Shown piece by piece: positions 51,166 through 63,986 of a stretch of 64,000 nucleotides of DNA. The translations under genes were made by a program, and so were the position numbers. The notes beneath the pieces are model-generated. The model made no database searches. It was not told where the DNA came from and saw nothing but the letters and a program-made list of their open reading frames with translations. Position 1 is the first letter of the stretch, and every line of letters begins with the position of its first letter. The stretch comes from Balanoglossus misakiensis (taxonomy: Eukaryota > Animalia > Hemichordata). The stretch is from contig CM082582.2 of the NCBI GenBank assembly GCA_040954595.2, positions 2,712,303-2,776,302 on the forward strand, read 5' to 3'.

Positions 51166-51264
51166 CTTGAATATCGTAAACTCTCCATATCGTCAAATAA
51201 CTGCAATGCAGTACTCAGACCTTCAGAAATCATACCATATTTCTCACCTGCTCCTGACAACAAT
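51166..51264 (-). pseudogene. MED25: MED25 VWA exon (most 5' recognisable)
   Basis: 99 nt, phase 2-2, TTTCAG|...|GTAATT, reads LLSGAGEKYGMISEGLSTALQLFDDMESLRYS. Confidence 0.9.
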
Positions 51265-51425
51265 CTGAAATACAACAACAATCATTTAACAAAAGGTATA
51301 TGTAAACAACGTCTGCTCTGATTGTAGACAGATTTGATTAAACATTTTATGAAACATTTAAAGGTAGGAACCTCTAATAAAAGCAAGTGAGTCAAAAGTC
51401 AAAAAGAGCGACTTTGTCCCTTTAA

Positions 51426-51510
51426 CCCTTTCACCCCAAGTTCCTTCTATACAGGTCGAACCTTTTAATGGAAATCAATGGGTTTGGACTGAACCTTGGT
51501 TGTGAAAGGG
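51426..51510. mobile_element. 85-bp piggyBac-type mini-MITE
   Basis: TTAA|CCCTTTCAC...GTGAAAGGG|TTAA. Decayed relatives lie at ~33615-33701, ~44807-44895 and ~49030-49120. Confidence 0.7.
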
Positions 51511-52439
51511 TTAATGGGCTTCCATAATTAGTGTTCTTTAAAATTAGAGGGTGGTACTTAGGGGTTATTACACTAAATTTGGTGAGAACAATAGAAAGTG
51601 GCAAATTCAGGCTCTGCATGTATGATAATAATGACAATTACCCTTCTGCTTTAGAATCATCACCATTAAGCTATATTGATTGTATCCGCATCAGTTTATC
51701 ATCTTTTGCTAATGCATAACACGACTGTTGTGTACTCTTTGAATGGAGGCTGATTAAATCGGTGTGACACCCATTTAAAATAACACTAAATAACACAAAA
51801 CTACAATGTGTGCGCGCAAATATTTTGTCACAGTTGCGTGACATGCGCACACAAAAAATCCATTGAAAGATAACAGCGGGCGAGGCTATCTGGGGCGCCT
51901 TGTCAAGGTTGGCCGGTCAGGCGCCCTGTACACATGTACGCGTACGCGCGCTTGTATGCTGTAGCAGGACGCACAGTGATGTACGTGCGGTAACCTAGGC
52001 CACAAACTTGACACGTGTCGGGGCTATAATTTATGCACACAGAAGCCATTAGATATAACAAAGCAAGTAGGGCTTCTGGGTCATTTTCCTTGATGATATA
52101 ACACAAGAATTCCATACCTTGTCTGTACTAATATGTATCGGGGGGGGGGGGGGGGACCACTGTAAACAGTCTCTTTCATGATGTTTATGTACTTTATTCG
52201 CTACATTCTAAATGATATTTTTTGTGTTGGGCCATCTAGACATGAAGGGAGAACTCATTCAAGTATGTTTATCTGAAAGCCTGCTTGTCTATCGCTATTT
52301 TGTTGCACGTAATTCAAATACAATTTCACGAAAAAAAATTGGCTCTTTGCGTGCACTGCGCGTAAAAAATAAAATATCATACGCAAGCCCAGTAGAAATT
52401 CCAAATTACCTATGATATGATTTCATAATAATTCTAAAG

Positions 52440-53245
52440 AAGCCAATCCCATTAACTTACAACTCAAATTTATAGAAATCAGCCATACAGTCAGGGAAAT
52501 ATAATGTTTTATCAAAATTGGTAAATATACCCCCAAAATACAAGACATTGCCCCCACAAAACATTGACACTTTCATCATAGGTTTTGTAAATCATCATGA
52601 CAACTCACCATGGAACCTTCAAATCAAATTTCAAAGCAATGGGGTAGAGGGTTCTGAGAAAGAGTTTTGACCAAAAATGGCAAAAATCACCCCAAAAATA
52701 TACTATTGAATTCTACAAGTTGATTTGACAAACACACATCTCTATGCCTACCAAATTTCAAAGCAATCTGACAAGTGGTTTTACAGAAAAATTTTGCAGC
52801 AAATTTAAACAAAACTTTGATAACTCACATCACCTATATGAAGCCCCATACTAAATTTCAAAGAAGTCAGATCATCAATTCCAGAAAAGTAGATTTTTTA
52901 CCAAAAATTTGGAAAAAGAAAAAAAAATACATAAATTATAGAAAATTCAAACTATTAGTTCAAAACATACACAACTGTGTGACGTTAATATAAGGTACAT
53001 GCATACCAATTTTCAAATCTATATGACCAGTGGTTGTTGAGTTTCTGAGTTTTGGCCAAATTTACGTTTTTCCCAACAACTTCATTTGAACAAACTCCCA
53101 TCTACAGCCCTGCCTGCATCTGCACACCAAATATCGAGGTTATATGCTCAGCGGTTTTCAAGTTTTTGATGTGAACGGACATACATCCATACAGACGCAA
53201 CCGATCTCATAAGGTACCACCAGTATATACAAATGGGACCTAAAG
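52440..53245 (-). mobile_element. Helentron-like non-autonomous repeat family
   Basis: The minus strand begins TTAGGTCCCA...ACCTTATG followed by a (TATG/GATG) microsatellite, matching ~50037-50340. Internal ACCAAATTTCAAAGCAATCTGAC subrepeats also occur at ~15270-15640 and ~18780-19350. The left boundary is approximate. Confidence 0.55.
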
Positions 53246-54452
53246 ATATTTGGGTGCAACTTGTAGACTGCATCATATATATATTGTGTTGTCGCCCAAA
53301 TTGTGTGTGTGTGTGAGGGGGGGGGGGAGGGGGGGTGTTCCCAATGTGCCCTTCCTATGATATCTGCAATAATTGTAGCCTAGATGGGATGATTGATCAA
53401 GCCCATAAGCGATCAACCAGCCCACCAAAGCTACAATTATTGCACCTATTCCTATGATAGCTGGATCCATAGGGTAAACTGTACAAAACAAATAAGTGTC
53501 AGTATAAAATGTGGTAACTTTTGGCGTTTGTTTCTTCCCACTGAATTTCGACATCGCAAAGTGATTTCAGATGTCAGTTTATATTTATAATAACATTACT
53601 GCCACTAAGAAATATGAATGAAGTTGCACAGTTCATATAAACATTACACCACTGGCAACTGTGCTATATCATGCCACTTTTATGACCCCTTTTGACCTCT
53701 ACATCCTGGCTTTTTGTCGGTGTGAGTATACAATTTCGAGTTTACCAACCATGCTATTGAATCAATGCATTTTTTCTCATCCTTGAACAAAACTGGTGAA
53801 CATTGCCTGTTAGAAAAGGTTAGCTGTTCAACATGATTGAATTCATTGAATGATGAATGATGTCATACCTACAAACCACCAGGATGTAAGGTCACACAGG
53901 GGTCATGAAAGAGGCCTGTAAGATACTCTTGTTCTCTGCCCACTTTCTAACCCTGCTGTCACTACCAGCAGCAGGAATGGGACAGGGGTCCAGGCTATAC
54001 CTGTAGGACTGTTTGCTAACATCACGTGTGTTTACTTGAGTAAGTTGGGTACTATAAAAGGAATTGTCACTATTACTGTAGGGGGAGACATGAGTCTACC
54101 TGGTTGATTTATATTTTACATGTTGTGCTTAGATTAATAGAAATAATTTATGCATAGTTACTTAGGAACACTTCCATAACTAGTCTGCATTTTGCCTCTG
54201 CCAAAAAGTAAAGAAAAACACACCAGAGAATAGGCAGAGTAGAAACTAAACTGCACTCTCCTAAATATAAAATGGTTTACCCCTAAGTCTAATGTGATGC
54301 ATAGTGTGATTTAATTTGTGTCAATAAAATTGCAACCACATCAGTGTTCAGTGAAAACAGTATGTGACATACTTTTCCACCTGACCAAATCTATTAGAAA
54401 CACATTTTTTAAAGAAATTGTTTTAAAGGGGCAGCTGCTATGACATTTGGGA

Positions 54453-54910
54453 TTAATAGAATCTCACACTCCCAGGGACCTGGGATCGTATTTCTCACAC
54501 GAGTTGGGGATTTTCTCTCCCACACGAGCCGCAGGCGAGTGTGGGACAAAATATCCCCGACGAGCGTGAGAAATACGATCCCAGGTCCTTGGTGTGTGAG
54601 ATTATTTTTCTCACACAGTCACAAATTAGCCAAATTCGTTAAAACATTGAATAAATGACTCTGGAACTATCGTCTGGGGGCACGTTATAGTTCTGTGCCT
54701 GTAATACACATCGCGCCATTGGATAACATTTAGTGCGCGAAGAGAAAGAACTCTTTGTCAACCAATCAGCGCTCGGGTCATATACAGCTTTCGATTCAGT
54801 GAGAGTGTGAGAATAATAGAATCTCACACTCCCAAGGACCTGAGATCGTATTTCTCACACTCACGGGGATATCCTATCCCACACTCCCAGCGGCCAGGAG
54901 TGTGAGAAAT
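54453..54910 (+). mobile_element. Palindromic hairpin element, family B
   Basis: ~140 bp palindrome centred on CACGAGCCGCAGGCGAGTG (54523-54541). The start TAATAGAATCTCACACTCCCA is repeated directly at ~54814. Confidence 0.75.
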
Positions 54911-56199
54911 TAAATACAGTAAAACCTGTCTGAACCGAACACTGAAGGCACTGAAGAAATTGTTCAGTTTACAGACATTTCCAGTTTGTAAAGGTTCTTT
55001 TAACATGTGATTCTATGTCGAAGGTACTGAAAAGGTGTTCAGTATAGACAGGTTTCCAGATTAGACAGGGTTTGGTTTTGACAGGTTTTACTGAAGGTTG
55101 AAAATTAATTCTATGTGGCCACTGAAGATTCTTGTGCTACTCCCAACAATATGTTGAAACCCACAATTGATGTATAAAATACCATCCACTAAATATTTAA
55201 ATGTCACCAAAAACATTTTACTCTAAATAAATAAATATATTCTATAAAAACATATTTTTTAGACATGTTGCATATTTACGTAACAGTAGTAAAAAACTGT
55301 GAATGATAACATTACACATTCACGGGCTATGTTGACAAGTGGAGTATAAATGGGTACATTAGCATGCTGTTTGGAGTAGAACAAGAAATTCCCATTGATA
55401 CTCAGAACAAAAATATATGTACATCAATTAAAGCCAAAAGTTACAGCTAATGTCCCGTTAAGTGCATTGTAATTCAGAAAACTTCTGGAGCAGTGAATAA
55501 ATCCTACTATTCCTAGTCTATCAGAATTTTTTTTTCATTTTAAAAATCAAGCTAGTTGCTTTAAAAAAAATGAGACACTACTTTGTACAATAGTTATGAC
55601 AGCTTGCATTCACGCAGATTTGAGCCAGACATCTCAAAGCGTTAACAAAAAAACATAGAGCATACTGTTTTTGCGAAGGTAATTTAAATTGCTTGTTACG
55701 TGATAGTAGTGAAAACAATGGTGACATTGAAGTAACCGAAATGTTCTCCTATATCAAGCTTTCAGAGATAATTAACAGAGAAATGTTTATTTCAAAAAGT
55801 GAATGTCTTATTTTTTAGCTTATACAGTCACAGTATGTAATAGAGGGACTGTGATATAGTGCACTGGTTTGGCTGTTGTTTCACTACAGATTTTTGTGGT
55901 GGGGGTCACGGGTGGGTCTATGATGGGGGAAACCAGCATAGAACCCCCCCCCCCCACCCTCCCCCTAGCTGTGTTTCCATAGAGATAATGTAGTACTAAA
56001 TGTGACATTATTATATGACTCAGAAGGTCACATAGCTCTGCGTACAGGTCTGTGTGTTCCCGGCTGTATGCAGAGCTAAAGGTCACACAGAGAAACCACA
56101 CGACAGAGATCTCACCATCTCAAAAAGCTGACTCTGAAAAGCATGTAAAAGAATTAAGACTGGCTTACCTGTAGGAGGACCTGTGTCACACATCTCTGC

Positions 56200-57550
56200 C
56201 CGCCAAGGTCTTGCCAACGACCCTGGCGATGTCTGTCATCTAGTCTTGCTCCAAACGATGCTAATCACACTGGCGGCGCGTCGTACTCATGTTCCTTTCC
56301 TTTATCGACAGGCACAGCGACTGCCATAAAGCCAAGTCATCACCGGACTCATCATATCTGATATACTTCCCTGGCCGGTCGGGGCAACACCGACGTCACG
56401 ATAAAACGTCGTAGGTCCCGTGGCAACACCGTAGCTACACCCTAATGAGAGAGAATGTCTAGTGATCTGAGTGACGGCAACTGATCCAGGATCTCAATCA
56501 CTCACCCGGCTCTGTCAGTGTCATGGCTCTCTCTCTCAACTACAGTGCGACCTGTGATGACGACCACCTCGCAAAGTTCTGCCAAGCGCCGCCGCGTCCC
56601 ATGTAGAAAGGTTGCGAAACCCTTTGAAAACACTGCCAAGAATGCTCCATTATCCGAAATATGTTCTTTCACTGACGTCTCCACTCATGAGAAAACATTC
56701 ACGATTGACCCTTGACCTACGATAGTCCTGTACCCTCGATCCAGCGCCAGCTAAGTTGGCGTTTTTAAAATAATTATTAGGTAAACAGCCATCACTATAA
56801 GCTATAGATGTAATTCAGTAAACCAAAATCTTTAAAAATATATGTTGTCAAGAACAATTTATAGACCAAGGCCATGGCCAGAGGTACATCCGAAAAATAC
56901 CAACTGTACATGGTTATTCTTATATAACCTTTGACCCCGATTTGTAAACAGTGCTGCATGTTTGAAGTATCGCTCTTAAAAATTGAGATTCACCTGATGC
57001 AGTGGTTTTAAACCGATGGTGGCAAAGAAGTTTTCCGCGAACATGAAAACAACACAGCTGCAAAATGAAGGTATTGTTCTACTGATACATTAAACGCACA
57101 ACTTAGAATATGTGCCGTTTTAGCCACATGCAGATTGCAGGCGCCATGTAGCTCTGCTTGGCATAGTAAAACACGTGTCACGTGTTGATCACATGACTTA
57201 AATGAAGGCGAACGTCCATGTTTGTATGGGAGGGTCACCAGTTTTACGGCGCTGCATTAACGACGTTTACGATTCGGCGACAAACACGTCAAGTAGGTTC
57301 CCATTTGTGAAATTTTCGTTCGATCTTTATTTCTGACAACATTATGTACATGTTCATGTAGTTTATTGTTTGAAAATCGGTGCGTATCATTTTGCTCCGC
57401 ACCCAACGGATTTTCCTATGGATGGCTCCATAGCTGTGGGGAGGGAGAGCAGCGTTGACCCAAACAGCGTATAAGTCCAGAGCTATGCTGGGCAGAGCTG
57501 TGTGTCTTTACGACGTCACTCCTGTATATGAGAGAGACGCTGGGCGATCT
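56200..57550. promoter_or_regulatory. CpG-enriched segment, possible promoter/first-exon region or young TE
   Basis: Local CpG enrichment, GACGTC(A) motifs, and strong minus-strand donor-like sites (GTGAGT near 56506, GTAAGC near 56167). No direct functional evidence. Confidence 0.25.
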
Positions 57551-60124
57551 CTTTTACATTTATTTTCAAAATATTGTTTTTAAAAAAATAATATTTATTA
57601 TCATCATCATCATCATCATGATTCCAGCTATTAATTTGCAGTACACGTTGTTGTCTTTTGCCAGAAAGGAATGCATTTCTCATATCACCTTACAAACTGC
57701 CAGAAATCCAAACAACACCTTTATGATAAAGCCTACAATGAAATGGTGGATGGTACAAATCAAAGATTATGTGACTGCATGATCCTCTCCACATGATACT
57801 TCTCAAAGGATATTAATTTGCTTGGAGGGTGAATGTCTGTTGCTAAGCAACCAATGATGTGGGAGTGATGTAGAAATATTTGTGATTTCTCAAAATATAA
57901 CCATTATTCTAAATTAATATTTCCGTCAATTGGTTTTCAAGCATAATATATACACAACACAACAAATTATATTGATATACCATGCCTAACATATGAAATG
58001 GAAAAAATGCAATCAAATGAGTGGCCAAGCAAATTTTTTCAAAATTTTCCATTTAATTAACATTTTGTAATAGTTTATATATTTTAGGCTGACTGTGGGT
58101 TGATTCTGTCTGCCTTAAACATTCAAGAAAAATTTGTTTGTAAAGTCATTTCAATGCCTGTCTATTAAAGCCTGTATAGCTGCCAAATTTCACATTTTTC
58201 AACAATAAAATACTTCAAATATATTCCCTATCCTCTAAATCCTCAACTTAAGCCATATTACTTGCATTTGCATCAGTTTGTCATCTTTTGGCGACGCATA
58301 CCACGATAGCTGCGTACTGTTTGTATGGAGGCCGATGAAATGGGTGCGGCACCGTTTTAATACAAAAGTGTTCAAATTGCAACATGCAGTCATAATCGGG
58401 CATTGATAAGGTGTTCATGTATACCTAAGTAAGCTTATTTAGATGGACTAATTTAAGTTGGAAATTAATGCTAAAAAGTGGCAGCTCTAGAAACTTTCAA
58501 TTCCACATTTTCCTGACAATTGTTGGATGTAAATGTATTTGAAATATGTGCTTTGATTGGATTATATGACATAGATTTATTTGAAGGGTGTGTTTGGATT
58601 AGATTATGTGACCATTGGATTTTTGGATTTGTGTTCAAGAAGTGTTTGGAAATATAGAAGGGATCTGATGAAAAATGTTCAGGCAATTATTTTACCTAGG
58701 TCTAGAGTTTTAAAAAAGGGTGCGTGATTTTCATGTTGTTTGGGTATTGATACTATGTTCACTTCAAGTTCTATATTTGCACATTGAGATATGCTTAAAT
58801 GTCCAGTATTCAGCTTATCAACTCTACCAGTATTTTCATTAATAACAATAAAATTTATGCGTTTATTGTTTGTGTAATTTGGATTATTAAGTCAAATGAG
58901 GGACAGTTCTTAATGTACACCTTGGAATGAATCAATCAACAACATAATAGATAGGTGAATATTTTTCCTCTATTTTGATGTGAACTTTGCTAAATCCTTT
59001 TTATCATTTAAACAATGACCTTTGGCTTTTCAGAGACGCGGTCAAGATGTCTCTCCAAATCCGTTTGAGCTCGCGCTCTGATTCGATAGTATCATGCAGA
59101 TGTTGTTTCATGTGATTGGCTAACGTCCTTGTCACGTGACGTGGCATACGTGTGGAACATACGTTCGGAACAACAAACGAAACTTGTACGCGTAAATTAT
59201 GATTACGTATAAAATAATTCGGATTATCTCAATTTTTGGCGATCGATCTATAAAAATGAAATTGTGAAGTAAGTAGGCAACCATGGTGATACTTCCGGTG
59301 GAACGCCATTCTCGTGTACGTTAAGGCGTGGGCCCACACAAGGGCGCCCTCTATTGACAGACTGAATACGTTAATCGAGCATAATAAACAATTGTAACCA
59401 CACCAGCCAATCAGTTGATGTAATTCATGTTCAAGACAAGCAAATAAAATGAGACATTTCCGAGAAAACCTCCAAACCTATTATCATGTGACAAATAGTG
59501 GCATTTTTGGGGTCGAAAATGATATTCTTAAAAGAAGGCCAAAAATCCACCGCTAGATGCTCACCATCCCATTATTATTTTTTAGTTTCACCTTATAACC
59601 CGTCAACTTTCTCTGATAGGACCCATACTGTAGTGTATTTCGCTGCCATAATATTTTGACGATGTAGATTATAGACTACCCATTGACCGGCAGCCAAAAT
59701 TCCAACATTTATAGGGTTATGCTGAATCATTAACTTCGTTTTCAAACACAGTATCGTAATCTTGAAATGGGCGAACATGTTAACCTTCGATTACGACCAG
59801 AGGTGTCAGAAAATAAAGCTGTTTAGCGGTGGATTTTTCGTATTTTCCGCCTCGTAAATTATCCTTACCCTGGGACGCTCGTCCAGGGGCGCCATTACGT
59901 AATGCCTTAGTTGGCGTGATGCATTGTGGGTAAAATCAGCTGATCGTATACGCGTATCCTAGCAACTGACATGGACGCTACCATTAGCGCCCGCCCGCGT
60001 TCACTATCATTTTAGTGTCGCTACAGTTCAGAAAATCGTGAACATACATAATTCCCAATCAGTTTGGGATGATTTTTAGCCACAAGTAGTAATTACTGTC
60101 ACTCATTCATTTATTTAACAAGCC

Positions 60125-63100
60125 ATGACAACATTATATGAGGGAAATAAACCTTTATTTCAACTTCAATCTGGTGAGTACATGGTTTTCATTTTACCCC
60201 ATCAAAATAGTGCGTCTTGAAAGGTCAAAGTTCAACTTTTCCTTCGTTCATGTAAAATTGGCGCCATATTCAAATTGCAGCAGATGATCCCTTCAGCTGT
60301 TATTTGGAGGTATGCACTTGTTCAGTTGGCATGTCATCATGGCATTTTGTGGTTATTTTATGGCCATAGCTGCAAGAGCAACAAAAGAGCTTTCTAATTC
60401 CGAAAAGTCTACTCAGGAAAAGGCTGAAAATACATCAAGATTTATGCCTGTTTACAACATATCCATTGGACAAAGGTATGCCAAATATCAGGATATCATG
60501 GCTAACAGCAGAAATATGCTAGTTACCAGTTTAAATTTAAACTGCCACGATTTGAGAAAACACTAAGTGCTTCAGTTCAATGGTTGAATTCCAGGAAAAA
60601 TGTCAGTATTTCTCCAGCATTTTTCTGCAACTAGTTGGCAAAAACTGCCTTTATCAAGGCAAATCCTACACACAGCACTTGACTGTCAAGAGTGCCAAAG
60701 TAGCAATGTTGATGTTCTGCTTTTGAACAAGTACTATCAGAAACATATCAAAAGTCTTCCCTTCTCGACTGTTGAGGTAATTGAAGATGCAATGGGAGAG
60801 ATGCAACAACTACAAAATCCACTTGAGACAAAGCTGACTGTCCCTGTTAAATCTGCCGTAAGAACTGCCAGACAGCTATATCAGCGAGTAGAGGAGTCAT
60901 ACAATAAAGTGTACTCAACACCTTTCAGTGAAGCGCTTCTCAAAGTTCCGGGGTTCAAGCTACAGACAAAAATCAGCAAAGAACAGAAAAAGAAAGACAG
61001 ACGAGCACTTTATACTAATGTCAAGCAAAGCATCGAAAAATCTCACGCTAAAAATGACGGAGATTTAAAAACAATCCTAGGATCCGGTCGGTCATTTGCT
61101 TGCTACGAATCATGTTGACGGTCTGTTGACTTTGAGTCTACCGATTTTGCCAAGAAGCGAGTAAATCCCTCAACAAGCTGACACCAAAAGACCATGTTGG
61201 AAAAACAGAGTCTGTTGAATGGGACAAAAGCTCATTTGTAAGTGAACTTTCCAATTATGATGCTGGCAAGGAGGTCAACTGGAGTAGCCTTGCGAGAAAG
61301 TACGGGCTAACAGCTGCAAATGGTGGCCAAATACTGAAAGAGTACGCAACCTCAGCTGGCATCGACACTGACAAGTTCAATATCAATAAGAAGGTTCAAG
61401 GTCGAGATTTTGTCAGAAGAGTACGCCGTAAAACATTGAAAGGTCTTGGGGGGGGGGGGGGGAAAGGTGTCACTTCCTCAACACCGACCAGCAAGAGCCC
61501 TGCAAGAAATATTGAAAACAAAAATAAGAAGTGGCGAAATCGACATCGGTGAATTAATAGCACCAAAAGAGTTCCAAAAGATGACCATTGGAAAAGATGG
61601 CAAATTAAAAGAAGAAACTTATACAATCTACGCTAGAAAAATAAACTTACAGACAATCCGAAAACGAGAGCTTGACAGACAAATTAAGCTTGGTGTTCTG
61701 AGAAGCCATGTTTATGGGTATGACGACGGTCATTACCAAAACCTAGAAGAAAAAGAAATAAGGGATGAGCTACAAAGAATACACGAGTTGAAAGAAGGAG
61801 AAACCATCGATGAAATGCGCAGTAAATTAAAAAGACTACATCACTCACGGCACTTCAAAATATGGCATGACCACAGTACTGTAGGCAACCATTCCCACAT
61901 TGTCTTCATGGTGAGCTGGATATACGACGCGGCAACATATCTGACAAATGAGGAGTACTTGGAGAAACACGGAAAGTAAACGTTGACTCGCTTGTTGAGA
62001 AGCCACATCTATATATAATGGGACGATCCAACTCCAATGACGTTGATCAGCTGTCATATGTTGAAACCAGAGTAGAAGATCTAAAATGTGCAACAGGACC
62101 AATAACATCCGACGAAGGTTCCAGGGAATACACAGATGTCCACCGATTTGTTCATGGCGATGGACCGCCACAGGAGTTTGAGGATTGGCACCAGAAAGGA
62201 GGTCACTACCAGTGCATCTGTGGAATAGAGTCAAGAAGACATGATGATCTGTCTGCATGTTACCATCTGAAATATCTGTCAATAGATGAGAAACGTAACT
62301 TGTTAATCAAGGGAAGCCCAATATGGAGAGAAAAGTCACGGCAAACTCCCCATCCATTTGCCAACTTAACAGTGGCCGACCTTAGGAGAGAGCTTGATGC
62401 TAGGGGTGAAGAAACCGAAGGATTAAAGAAGCCAGACTTACAATCTAAACTCTCTGAAATTTTACATGGTATGCAGAGAGTACCAGCACTGCTCCATCTC
62501 ACTCCAGAATGTAATCTTGCTGAAATAAACTGCTCTGCATATGAAATTTTGCCATCAGAGCCACTCCATGACCTGAAGGGACACATTCACAATGTGTTAG
62601 AGGATTCCAGCACAAACCAAGGATAAATAAGAAGCAGTAAAGTTACAGAACTTTATTCAGGCTACATATGGTGGTAAAGACGAAATTCGGGGATGCGATG
62701 CACGCAAAGCTATCCTTCTGGTGTCCCAGTATCTTCACGAGAACAACATAAATACTGAGCATGGTCAGCTTATTGACACGCTTGCTGAAATAAGCGAAAC
62801 TGCTTATAAACATGACAATGACAGATGCCCACGACTGATTCTGCGATTGTATTTTTGCATGGAATATTGTGCAAAAGGGTATTTGAGAAGCCAAAGAAAC
62901 TTACCAAACGAAAGATGTTCGGGCGGTATTTCCATAACATCACCGTCCATCTACCTGATCAACTGAGATTGGTTTCTCTGCGGTCAACAAATGCTGAAAA
63001 CCAGGAGCGAGTTTTCAATCGAATACGGAGAGTGACGAAAACAACTTCCTCCAAGCGTCCAGGTGGTATCATAGGTAATGCCATGATACGTCTAGGTGCA

Positions 63101-63350
63101 GAAGAAGAGATGACAAAAGAAAGAGATCCATCACAAATTATAGAATCTGAAATTAGCAAAATTGGAAAGCAGCTCCCAAAACGTCAGAATACAGTAATCC
63201 CTGAGGACGAAATACTGCGACGACCAACACTACTGCAAAGCCACTATGAAAGGATTGCAGATTTCTTGCTGCCAGGAGAAGGTGTATTGTGGCAGACACA
63301 TGAGGAAGCAATAGAGTTTACAACTCTGATACCCAGGATGATTTCAAGGT
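60125..63350 (+). pseudogene. Decayed large DDE transposase-like gene with RAG1/Transib-like motifs and an internal SAP domain
   Basis: Consecutive frameshifted ORFs (60312, 60600, ~61180-61450, 61446, 62018, 62721, 62825) join into ~1000 codons. Motifs occur in order: IWHDHS, RFVHGDGP..EFE...QKGGHYQCIC, SAP-like LTVADLRRELDARGEETEGLKKPDLQSKL, EPLHDLKGH, GRYFHNITVHLP, NAENQERVFNRIR. Putative first exon 60125-60173 (ATG...G|GTGAGT). Confidence 0.7.
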
Positions 63351-63641
63351 ATCTGCAGTGCAATTTAGTCCCAAATATTTTAACTCACACTTTTATTTCT
63401 TTTCAATAACAATTACTGTTGATTATATGCAGACATAATACAACAGATTGCATGGTGTTTTGGGACAGGATAAACTAATCTAAAATATAGTATCAAAGCA
63501 TCAAAAATTACATCTATACATGCCCTGTCTTTTTCATGGAACTTTTCTGTCAAGCAGGTTCTGTTATTTTTTGTGACGAGCAACCTCCATTTTTACAAAT
63601 AATAGAACTATTCTCGGATATCCCACATTTTTTATGGCTTT

Positions 63642-63986
63642 CTAAAAAGGTCTCTCACTCGCTGCCCTTTTTCTTTTTGTGTTTGATACAAAACACCATT
63701 TATGTTAATGTACATGTGTATATGTAGTGAATGAACGTTCAACCACACACAAGTTCCACCATGCTTGTATATGAGAGTAAAAACTCGCCCAAAATGAATA
63801 AATGGTAGAGACCGATTGTTCATTTTGGCAAGGTTTTTCACTCTTGTGTCTACAAGCAGGATGGAAGGTGTGTGTGGTTGAATGTTCATTCAGTATATAT
63901 CCACATGTACATTAACATAAACAGTTTCTTGAATGAAACATAATATTAATGGGAAAAGGGCAGCGAGAGAGAGAGACTTTGTCCCT
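63642..63986. mobile_element. Kolobok-type MITE
   Basis: Right TIR GGGCAGCGAGAGAGAGAGACTTTGTCCCT|TTAA; the left TIR is degenerate; the body matches 50633-50947. Confidence 0.75.

Larger units (their letters stand above)
22994..51264 (-). pseudogene. MED25: Degenerate, partially duplicated MED25 (Mediator subunit 25) gene copy
   Basis: Spliced GT-AG exons encode ISEGLSTALQLFDD, CILICNSPPHPLP..YSG, RGVHFSIISPRKLP and DPHHMILLKG. These match the MED25 VWA domain as I recall it (human IAEGLSTALQLFDD, CLLICNSPPYLLP, RGIHFSIVSPRKLP, DPRHMVLVRG). Downstream are low-complexity and Q-rich exons ending ...DDMSLFDILNQ*. There are multiple frameshifts and stops, a dead acceptor and a TE insertion. The 5'-most exons and the ACID-domain exons were not found. 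Confidence 0.88.

Noticed and set aside
60125-63350. Calling the gene RAG1 or a ProtoRAG element
   Set aside because: The motifs are only analogous, and no RING/nonamer-binding region, RSS-like TIR or RAG2-like gene was seen, so no gene symbol was assigned.
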